From Marsupella aquatica (taxonomy: Eukaryota > Plantae > Marchantiophyta), in contig OZ316894.1 in NCBI GenBank assembly GCA_973895155.1, positions 22,938,709 to 23,002,708 of the forward strand: a stretch of 64,000 bases of DNA. Direction: 5' to 3'. Made by a program: the position numbers and the translations under genes. Below the pieces are notes generated by a model. That model did no database searches, was not told where the DNA came from, and worked only from the letters and a program-made list of their open reading frames with translations. Positions 11,559 to 21,886 of the stretch are shown piece by piece (position 1 is the stretch's first letter; the number at the start of each line of letters is the position of its first letter).

Positions 11559-14106
11559 GTGCCAGAAGAGTGCCGATTTTCAGAATGTGGGATGTCTGAT
11601 AAAGGGAAACGAGGTTGGAGAACAAAACGAGAAGAAAAAGCAAAAGCAGAAGCCTCTCAAGACCCACTTAACCCGAGAGAATTACTGCCGGATTTCCAAT
11701 CACCGAATTATCCGACACCTGGAAGTGTAGCAGAGCGAGTCACCCTGATCCAGCAAAGTGAAACAGAGGGAACAGTACAGAATCCAACAACAAGTCGACC
11801 TGTAATTTATAAATTACGCTCCAGAGATGTGCAATACATTTCACCCAAGCCTAGTAAGAAAGGAGTTGACATTGTCAAACCGTTAAGAAGAACGCAAAGC
11901 TTGGATGAATATGAGGGTACACCTGCGTTGCAGATAATAGGAACAGAAAAGATTACCAATACAAGGCATGAAAGTATAATTGGAGGAGGAATTCAGCAAA
12001 TTGAATCTTTAAAATTTAACTCTGACGCACCTTCGCTCCAGAAAACGCCCATTGGAGAATCTGCAAAATTAGCAGAGATACCTCCCTCGCTTGGTTATGG
12101 AAGTGCTAGCAGCAGCCTTAGCACAATAAGCACTCCCAATTCCTTAAATTCAATTTCACCATTGACGTCTCAAGGATCAGTCGCCAGCACTAGTACACAA
12201 TCTTTGGGAACCACTCCTCCAATTAATTCAATCCCGGTTCCTGTAAGAAGAACTCAAATGGCTCGAAACAATATTCGCTATGATACCTTTAAGGGAACAT
12301 CCAAGGAGGATGCTGAAACTTTTTTGAAGGAATTTGAAGTTGCAGCCACCTCAAATGGGCAAACCCAAGACGCTGAAAAAGCCACAATTTTTGGAGGCTT
12401 GTTGAAGAAAAATGCCCCAAAATGGTATGATCGATTCCCAGACAAGAATGATTGGGGAAAAACGAAGACCGGTTTTCTGGACAAGTATAAGGAGGATGGT
12501 GTTGAGGCAAGAGCCTTTGCCAGAATTTCTCAACTCACCATGAAGAAGTATGGCTCAGTCAGGAAGTATGCAGATAAATTATTGGACCTGGTGGACAAAT
12601 ACAATCCCAATACAGCTAAATCTACCACGAGAGATTGGTTTATCAACGGACTTCCCTCCCAAATTGCACGATATGTGAGAAGGGAAGGTGGTACAACTTT
12701 TGAAGAGGCACAGGAAGCAGCCCAAAAATATGTGGACTCTGAAGTCTCTGAGAAGAAACGAGTTAAGAAGGACTTGAAAAAGGGCAAAAAGAAAGAGAAA
12801 AAGAAAAAGAAAAAGAAAAAGACGAAGTCTTCATCAAGCTCAGAGTCTGATAATGGTGACACCACCAGTACTGAGGGAACAAGTTCCAACTCAAGCTCTA
12901 CCAGTAGTACAAGCGGCAGCTCAAGTTCTGATGATGTAGATACCAAGACAAAAAGGATGCTGAAAAGTACAGTGCCGCAAAAGGCTAAAACCTTGGATAA
13001 AATGATGGATTCCTTGACGAGTAAGTTAAACAAACTCTCGGTGAATGCGACCATCTATAAACCAACTAGAAAATTGCCACCTGCCATTCGAACTAATGTT
13101 TGGTGCACACGCTGCAATAATCAAGGACACTACCACCACGAGTGCCCCACATTACAAAGAGCTGTCAATTATGGAGAAGAGGAAGAGTTGATAGATTATG
13201 GAGATATCTATGCAGTCCAGGCACCATTTGCAGGGCAATACTTCCCTCCAGCTGCAGGACCAACTGCATGGACTCAGCAGAAAATAGCAGGATCATCCTC
13301 ATTTAATTGACCAGGGCCCAGACCACCGATGGGACCTCCGGGAGGATATCCACCTAGAGGAGCACCAAGGGTACAAGGGACTTGTTATAATTGCGGTCAA
13401 CCAGGGCATTATTCGCCAGAGTGTCCATACCCAAAGAGAGAAGTAGGATACACCCCAATTTGTGGCAACTGTGGAAAAGAAGGACACCTGCCCCTGGAGT
13501 GTCCAAACCCACCAAAACCAAAGATGATGGTGAGATTTGCTAAGGATCCTGTGAAGGAAGCACCCAGGCCGGAGGAGGTCAGAATGATCTGTACAGCCAG
13601 GAAAATGTGGAACAATGTAATCATGTAACCATTGAAGCAGGAAGAGAAGAGGAGGTGCACAACATTTATACACAGAATCTATCGGGTATCATCCCAGATA
13701 TTGAAGTGGAACACTTAGTACAAGATCATGTTGTAGGGATGCCCAACCAACGAGTCCAAGAACGGGACCGTGTTCTGGAAACTTACGCCACTACCAGATC
13801 CAAGGCTCATCACGAAAAGAAACATATTAAGGACGGGTCTATGCAGAAGAAATCGTCCAAGAGGAAGAGTAGGACAAGGATACCAGCAGAGGAAGGAATC
13901 CCAAAAGAAGATGACCCAGCATATGACAGGTATGACCCCAAGTACTTTCAGCCTGATATATCTGAAGAGATTAAAACTCAAATACATGAGTTAACTGAGG
14001 ATACATCCCTGCTAGGGGAACGGAAGGAAGTACGTTCGGAGATAAAGAGGCCCGAGCCCAAACTGACCATGGAACCACCACTCAGGCTGAAGGGGTATGA
14101 TATCGT
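11559..14106 (+). pseudogene. gag: G gag (capsid-like region, Lys/Ser-rich tract, three CCHC knuckles), truncated before protease
   Basis: TFKGTSKEDAETFL, WFINGL, CTRCNNQGHYHHEC, CYNCGQPGHYSPEC, CGNCGKEGHLPLEC. In-frame TGA at 13308 and frameshift near 13610. Confidence 0.88.
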
Positions 14107-14167
14107 GGAACGAATACCGAGTTTGAAGACCTTTAAGTGTGTTTTTGGTTCTTCATAGCAAACTACA
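14107..14167 (+). repeat. Remnant (last 61 bp) of the G 3' LTR
   Basis: Identical to the end of the 5' LTR (GGAACGAATACCGAG...AAACTACA) and followed by TSD GTAAC. Confidence 0.92.
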
Positions 14168-15610
14168 GTAACAGCAAAATTTCCTGTTTTGGGAGCACAT
14201 TTCTCCTGGTATTGTGGCAAAATTAAAAAAATCCGTTCCTAAAATACTGATAATTATGCGATGCCGAATACTAGCGCCAGGAGTCTACAGGCAAAACAAT
14301 CACAAATGCATCATGCCAAATACTAGCACCGGGCGTTCAAACCCAAAATAATGAAATATTAATCGCCCAAACATGCCGAATACTAGAGCCGACCGCTTCT
14401 AATGCTTTGTGGAGAAAATCACGAGGATTGATGTTCAGGCTGAGATCCAAGTAGAAACCAAACATTACTAATAGTCTAAGTTCAATATCAAAGCACAGAA
14501 GTAGGACTTAACCAAGGTATCTGAGTCATAACTTCTAACGGGAAATTTTAAGAAAAGAAACCCGAGCTTTTTTATTTAAGTGAAACATATTGTCCTTGAT
14601 GTACAAATATTGCTACATAGGAACACTAAAGTTGCCAGTGCAATTGTAACTAGCGCCAGGCGCTAATACTCCCGGTGGGTGCTTCCTCGTACAATGTCCT
14701 AGCTCGAAGAGTGACAGTCATCATCAATCCCAGCGTCCTGACGATCTGGATCTTGGCGGAAACCATCTAATTGGAAGTTGACATATGCTCTCGTGGGCCA
14801 TCGATACACTGGCCTTCCATGGAATCGAGAAGGAGAAGAACGAGAGCAATGGACTTTGAAAGAAACAATAGTATGTTTATAAGGGGCTTGGATTTCCTGT
14901 TATTGGTCCTCTTGACGGTACTAGTCGCCGACTGAAAGCCAAATGACACTATGGCGGAAATGACAAATATCAAACGGAAACTTCCAACGTGTTTTTTGGG
15001 GAGCGTCGGGCGCTACTTAAACAAGGAGAGGAACCCACACAAAGGACGTTACTAAAGACCACATTAACCATTGAATGGAAGGGGCAACCTTCATCAAACT
15101 CAATTCATATTTAATAAATTCAATAGCGCCCGGCGCTAACAAAAACCAAGGGCATACTCGTACAGTTGGGAGGAAGTTTGACCTGATAGAGGAGAAAATT
15201 GCTACCCTTCAGTGTCATATTTTGAGCTCTCATTCTAGGAGCTATGAGATCTGTCGGTCGACTCTGCCTCATCATCAATATACTTGCTTCTAGAAACATC
15301 ATCTACGTAGGGGTTCCTCATGAACTTCCTGTCTACTCCCCTAAGAAGCCTAAGTCCTTTTGTTTCCCAGCAGAGCATTCTAAATTTCTCTACCTTCCTC
15401 GCGACGTTCTCAACGTATGATGGCAACACAAACGGCTTCTCGGGAGTGATGATTACATTTTAAGCCACTTTCCTCCGGAGTTGAAACTGTTTTCTTTGGT
15501 TCCATTCTGACCTGCTCAAAAGAGAAGCGGAAGAGAAAGAGGAAGTAAGTACTTAACAGATAGAACCGGTGGAATTGATGGTTAGCCAACAATTGAAAGG
15601 ATAAAGGAGC

Positions 15611-18600
15611 TTACAAGAGACGAAAATTACTCAGAAGACTCTTCGCTATCCTCCGTTGACCCATCATGTCGGGTTTCCTCTTTCCCGCCGTCATTGACAT
15701 CCTCAGGAACATATCTTTTGGTGTCCCATCATCTTCATCCGAATCAAAGTTGAGGACAGATCTAAGTCTATCTTTCTTTTTTCGTCCGGTTATTTGAGGA
15801 GGGGGAGGTTGTGTCTCCAAAGGTTTGGGAGAAATGAGATCCAAAAAAATCCTCGAAGCGGTCTCAACAAACTCCCGACAATTTTCTAACCCGATGACAA
15901 AATGGCCTGAGTAATCCCTAGCAATGAACGTACTACCTGAGCCGACGGTCCAATCAATTACAATATCCTTAGGTATCGTAAAGAGTTCAAGGACAGTTTG
16001 CATAAAACCAACCGGTAGTCGGGAATTCCCAGTAAAATGGAGTTCAGGACAATGATCTTCCTTCAAAGATTGTAGCCCAATAAGGTTTGAGATTGAAGGA
16101 TCTTCAACGCTAGATAACGGCTTGAATCATGGATCCTTTGGGACCTTTCCTTTAAAAGAAACTCGACAAAATATATCCAGTCTAAGAGTGAAGACCTGCA
16201 AAAGTTGACAAACCAACTGGATTTTAAAAATTTCTTATTCATGAGAGAAGACCTACTAAGAAAGAAAGAGTAGCGCCGAGCGCTAGTATAGCTCTACTCA
16301 GAGAGAACATTTACCTTGACATCTGTCTTGGATCTGTACATTGGGACAGACATTAAAACATTGTGCGTATTGATGCACATGAACTTCTTGGATTGCTGAC
16401 ATGCAAAAATAACCTGGGAAATCTGATCGTGGTCATCCGAGTATAAGATAGCGAGCATGCCATCATCGGAAAGGAAAGGGTCCATCGCCCAAAAAAATGA
16501 TTCGGCTGCTGTGTGATCTGTGACATTCCATTTCGGGACCCGACGGTCAACAATTGTGGGTTTCAAACCAGTTGGGAGATAGATGAAACCCGCATTCACC
16601 CCAAATGATTGTTCCTTCCCACCTCGAATGATTCTTTTATCTCTACACCCCGATTTGATCAAATCCTTATCCCACTTCTCAGCGTCTGAGACCCAATCTG
16701 GCTTCTCTTCCTTACTAAATGCACTATCAATGAATTCTGCCAAGCTTGATTCGACCATATAGTGTCTTCCGAGTTTAGTCTTGAAAGTCCCCACATCCCG
16801 TTGGATACCGGCCCCAAAAGCATTATCTCACGACGATTCCCAGGCATCGATGGTCCTTTTCTTCTTCTTCTTCTTTGTGCTTGTAGCATCCACAGGAACT
16901 ATAACCTTCCCCTTCTCAACGGGGGTGATGGGGTCTGGATTGGCACCAGTGTTGGCCTCAGAGACTTCTGGTGTTGCATCAACTTTTGTGTCATCCGTGG
17001 CGGCATCAGATTTTCGACCACCTACCAAACAACGGTGTCAAGCACAGAAAGAGTGTTAGCGCCAGGCGCTGACCAAACACCCACATTAATTTTGGGAAAT
17101 ATGACACATTAAACTTATGACACATGATAGCGCCAGGCGCTAACAAAGAAGGAAGTTGGAAGAAGGAGGTGTAGCTTACGTTTTTTCCCAGACTTGGCAT
17201 AGCACTTGCCACAGGGGCATCCGCCTTGGCTTTGGCTCTTGGTTTTCGGCTTCGATCAACATGAACCACTGTGGTTTCGCATTTTTTTTGCAACTCAGTC
17301 GTCGACGAGTTGACGTCCCCCTCAATTTCTTGCTTCATGTCGGAGATAAATTGTCTCGGAACTTGGGATTTAGACAGTTTATGGAAAGCATCCTTCTCAG
17401 TGTCGTCAAAAGGAGAATCCCATCTGTCGGTGTCAAGGTACCAAGGGCAGTGAATTCTCTCCCACTCGGACAATTTCCTCGGTGGAAGTATACCCTCAGC
17501 GGGATACATCGAATACAGTTCGGCCAAAATGTCTCCATCTGCGCAGATGACCCAATTCTGGAAAGTAGCTGGGTAAGCCCAAAAATAGTCAGGCTTCACA
17601 ATCTCCATGTGCATGAAGAAACGATAGACATGTATTGTTTCGCTCGCTTTTGATTCTTGAGTGTGTAGTCTTCCTTGTCCGGGTACTTGGACATCCACAT
17701 CGTATTGAAAAACTTACCTTTCACTGCATCCCCAAATTTTTTGAAATCATTGCACACTATTTCAACGAGTGAATCATAAGACTCACACTTCCATTCCTCC
17801 AATCGATTGGAAGGAATTATTTCACTGATTTGCTGGAGGGCAGTCTGTAGCATACCAATGGCAATTCCCTCCACGCTATTCCAAGTTTGCCAAGTGTGGC
17901 ACCACTGCTTCACAGGGTCATCGCTAACGCTTTGCGGATGAAAGAACTGCTTCCTGAGCTCTGGCGTGCAATGCGCTACTAACAAAGTGCTCCTCAATTT
18001 GGGGTTGAGGGCGGAGATTGCTATAAATAACCTGGCACGATCCATGGTACAGACAACCGCATCCGGTTTCTTCTCGCGTTTGTTCACCTGTGTCATCGGA
18101 TACATCTCAGCACAGGTTGTCATGAAGTCTTCAAACTCAGGACTCAACAAGGGAGTGATCTTTGAGACCTTGATCGCCCAATCCTTCGTTGCTTCTTTCA
18201 TCATGACCGCATGTCGTTTGGATGTCTCTTCTTGAGACCAAGGATTTCCTTGAGCGGTGGCCGACTCCATGTCCATCTTGAATTGTCGAGAATAGGATTT
18301 AATCTTATTCTCGCATAAGATATACAGAATGCTTCTTGAGGCATTTTCTTGGAATACCACGATCCTTTTCGAGTCTTCTGCATCACCTGCCCAAACTTCT
18401 TGAAGTTTGCCCCATCGATGATTGATTTGTAGTATTCTAGATTGTTGGACAAAATCCTCTTAATTCGGTCTGCATCAAGTATCCAGGAAGGTTCCACCAC
18501 GGCCTGTCCAAGTCTACAGAAGAATTTGTCAGTCAATAGCGCCAGGCGCTAGTAAAAACTACACTATAAAAGATAAGGATAGGTGAAATTCAAAGAGAGA

Positions 18601-19366
18601 CTTACTGGTTCACAGTATGCATAGCCGCCTCAATTTCAATCAAAGATCCCTTTTCACCCTTGAAGATAGTACATTGCACACGCGGGTGATACTTGCTATC
18701 TTCTGGATTTTCTTTCGTAACGATCGACCATGCGTAAAGTCGATGGTTACCGTCAAAAACGTAAAACATCTTATCTTGTAACATCATGAAGTCTGGATTG
18801 GCCGCACATTCAGCTTCAAACTTCTCATTCTTGACCACCCACACTGGGTCCCATGTCGCTCTAATTTCTGGAGTACACGTCTGGACATTCCCATTCGAAT
18901 CTGCCGACTGGACATAGAACAACATTCCAATTTTTGAGTTGTATCCTGTGCTACAAAAAGAGTCCTTCAACTTTTCAATTGAAGGACTTCCCTTCTGTAA
19001 GGTGCGGACAACTTCCATGTGAACCAAGCGGCACATTGGAATCCTTGGGGGGTCTTTGTCGTGCCCTCGAAAATCCTTGCCAAACACCATAACGTGCTTG
19101 GAGATAATGTCGGACATCGTCAGTGACAGTTCTCCTTGATCTTCCACAGCGTATGTGTCAAGATCGTCCATCTTTGCTCTCCTGCTCTTCGGAAATATGA
19201 CTACCGCGACTGTTTCAGGATCTTGGGATGTTGTAGACCGTGTCACACGACGACTGTAAACAGATCCAGAAAACGAGCACTCAGATGTCTGGGAATGGAT
19301 CTGCTCTCTCTGCCCATTAGCACTATACCCATGCGAGGTGGTGGGGAGAGGGTCCATGTTTCGCAT
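15611..19366 (-). pseudogene. MULE accessory gene: ParB/Srx-like N-terminal domain, linker, and beta-class amino (N4C/N6A) DNA methyltransferase-like domain; spliced, with stops and frameshifts
   Basis: ParB-like RIPMCRL...VR...IEKLKDSF...GY...YVFDGNHRLYAW. MTase-like FIYLPTG..PKWN (motif IV-like), FLSDDGMLAIL (VI), LELFTIPKDIVIDWTVGSGSTFIA...VIGLE (X-I-II). GT-AG introns at 18514-18605, 17022-17179 and 16196-16314. Confidence 0.78.
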
Positions 19367-19697
19367 ACACGAAGTGCTTCACGATCGTGATGAGTACCTC
19401 ATTCGTACCGTACTTCTTCTAGAGAATTCTTGCACGAAGAACCTCCAAAACGGAACCTAAATACAGCGGACAAGGGAGGTGGGGAGAGTATCATCTCTAA
19501 ACTATCCCCTCGCTACATTGATATCTATTTACGACATTCTCCTGAGCACCACTTGTCAATTCTGGATTAGTTGTTAGAATACCGTTGGCATATCTTCAAC
19601 GTTACATGACCTAACGTTACCGTTGAATATGACCGTTAAAGAAGAGTTTGGTGATTTTAATCTATATTCCTAGGTCAAATCTGATATTGGTCAATGG

Positions 19698-20154
19698 TGT
19701 TGGGTATTTACTCTTACGTCTAGGTTAGGTATGACGTGGTTGGTACAACAACGTGGGTTGGTACAACTACGTGGTTAGGTACAACTACGTGATTAGGTAC
19801 AACTATGTGGTTAGGTACAACTACGTGATTAGGTACAACTATGTGGTTAGGTACAACTATGTGGTTAGGTACAACTATGTGGTTAGGTACAACTAAGTTG
19901 CACACTATATCATAAGAGGCATGTGTGCTTGGAGAGGTAGAACCAAGGCTCATTGTTATGGAGCTACTTGAGAGATAGGGAGAGCTTACACTGTGGAGAC
20001 TCGGTATAGCCGACGGGCTTAGAGTTCAGTAAAGCTCTCTTGTGTGTTCCCATGGACGTAGCCTCAAGGAGGTGAACCACGTATCTCTTGTGTCGACTAT
20101 TGTGCGTTGGATGGTTCATGGGCTTGCCGTTGCGATCGTCGTCTATGCTCAACA
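19698..20154 (+). repeat. Copia 5' LTR (457 bp) with an 18-bp tandem array (GTGGTTAGGTACAACTAT)
   Basis: Repeat of 25351-25789, with one extra 18-bp unit and ~2 substitutions outside the array. Confidence 0.95.
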
Positions 20155-20156
20155 AT

Positions 20157-20168
20157 TGGTATCAGAGC
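20157..20168 (+). promoter_or_regulatory. Copia PBS TGGTATCAGAGC (tRNA-iMet)
   Basis: 2 nt after the LTR end. Confidence 0.95.
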
Positions 20169-20845
20169 ATGCTTGGGAGGTGACGTGTGTTCGTGACGGG
20201 ATTTCATGACGGTTTTTCCAGCGTTGAGTGTTGGTGAATTTTCCAGAGTTCCATCGCATGGAACTTGGAGTTTATGGGCTCAACGGATAGATCAGGGCAA
20301 GAGCTTTCTAACGGTGTGAAGAAATCGTTGAACGGAGCTCGTGGTGCAGAGAGATCTAAGTTTTCGTCGTTCTGGATTTTGTGAAGAAAGTTGGCAATCG
20401 ACTCGGAGGGAGAAGCGTCAAGTGTTTTGACTCAACAGAGAGATTGAGGCAAGACGATTGTTTTGAGTCCGGGATTGGCTCTTTGATGCAAAGAGGAAGG
20501 CTAAGCAAAATCAATTACCTTGTTGGATTGGTGACGGCACCAAGTGCAATTGATCAACATTCGTTGTTGACAAGCCATTGAAGTTGGCAACGCGGCGCAC
20601 CAATCACATCGTAATTCCGACAACGGGTTGTACTTGGTATTTCGGTTATTCCCTGAGGTGGTCAAAACGGGGGAGTTTCCCAAGGTTTTACCCACCTCGA
20701 CCGAAATTTGAATAACTTTTCCGTCAAATTTCGATTTTGATTTCGGTTTTCAGTATTGGACTCCTAGCTTTGTGGGCTACGCGGCGGTGTTGAGTTTCGA
20801 GTTTTTTGAGAAGTTGTGAAAAACAACAATTTTTGTGATTCTCAT

Positions 20846-21886
20846 ATGAGTGATTCGGAGGAGTTTTTTGAAGACGTGGAACTTGAAGCACGAGGGTCAC
20901 CGCGGCGGTTTCAGGGGCAGAGAGAGGAGCAGGAGGAAGAGCACGTGACACCGATACCATCACCGGTGCGGCGTGTGGTGGAGGAAGTAGTACTACTACC
21001 AGAGCTCACGGTAGTGCCAAAGAAGAAGATGGGGACTTTCAAGCTTGGGGGACCCAAGTATGAAGTGACAAAGTATGATGGGCGCTCTGACTACTTGCTA
21101 TGGGAGAAGCAGGTGAAGGGAGTGCTCTATGCGTCAGGGATGGGCCAACTGCTGAGCACTCGTGAAGACGATGTTGATGAGAAACAATGGGACCGCATGC
21201 AGGAGCAGGGAGTGTGGTGTGTTACACTCTATCTCATGCCTCCCATCATCAAGCAGTTAGGTGCACATAAGGATTGCATGTCCTTGTTTGCAGAATTGCA
21301 GAGCAAGTATCACCGCAAGGAGTTGTCAAACCGGCTCTACACTTCCTACAAACTGATGAGTTTCAGGATGAAGGAATCTGGTACGAAGTTGCAAGACCAT
21401 GTGGATGCTTTCAACGACATGGTCGTTGACTTGGAAAACCTTGGGGAGACTTTGAATGATGAGACGAAGGCTCTGCAGCTTCTTAGTTCATTGCCTCCAT
21501 CTTACCAGTCCCTATCACGAGTGTTGTTGCATCGTGATAGGGATACCATTTCATACAATGACGTGGTAAGTTCTCTGCTTAGTGATGATCTTCAGCAGAA
21601 GATGCACATCACGTCACAGCCTTCATCATCTGGTGCTGCCCTCAATGTTAACCGTGGGAGGAGTATGCAGCGACCAACTGGGGACCGTAGAACCCAGTTT
21701 AGATCTAAATCCAGATCTAAGTCCAAGGGTAAATCCCCTCAAAGGAGGCAGGTGACATGTTGGAAGTGCAACCAAGTTGGACACTTCAAGCGAGACTGTA
21801 AGGGAAAGGCAGCGGAAACTTCATCGGCAAATGTGGCTAGGGCTGATGGAGAAGCTGATTTACTCAATGATGAGTATGTTTTATGA
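20846..21886 (+). CDS. gag: Copia Gag
   Basis: KYDGRSDYLLWEKQ, LLSSLPPSY, knuckle CWKCNQVGHFKRDC. Confidence 0.93.
   Translation: MSDSEEFFEDVELEARGSPRRFQGQREEQEEEHVTPIPSPVRRVVEEVVLLPELTVVPKKKMGTFKLGGPKYEVTKYDGRSDYLLWEKQVKGVLYASGMGQLLSTREDDVDEKQWDRMQEQGVWCVTLYLMPPIIKQLGAHKDCMSLFAELQSKYHRKELSNRLYTSYKLMSFRMKESGTKLQDHVDAFNDMVVDLENLGETLNDETKALQLLSSLPPSYQSLSRVLLHRDRDTISYNDVVSSLLSDDLQQKMHITSQPSSSGAALNVNRGRSMQRPTGDRRTQFRSKSRSKSKGKSPQRRQVTCWKCNQVGHFKRDCKGKAAETSSANVARADGEADLLNDEYVL

Larger units (their letters stand above)
5629..14167 (+). mobile_element. G: internally deleted Athila-like Ty3/gypsy element inserted into the MULE left end
   Basis: TG...CA ends, 5-bp TSD GTAAC (5624-5628 / 14168-14172), tRNA-Asp-type PBS, gag with CCHC knuckles. 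Pol is absent. Confidence 0.9.

Noticed and set aside
12530-13054. Antisense ORFs over gag/pol and coiled-coil genes (many in the ORF track)
   Set aside because: Shadow frames of compositionally biased sense ORFs.
15611-19366. Bacterial contamination or prophage as the source of ParB-MTase
   Set aside because: The gene has GT-AG introns and is embedded in TSD-verified nested eukaryotic TEs.
19720-19953. ORFs with VVPNHI repeats (also 25373-25588) and a possible CRISPR-like array
   Set aside because: These are translations of the 18-bp LTR tandem repeat; there are no unique spacers.
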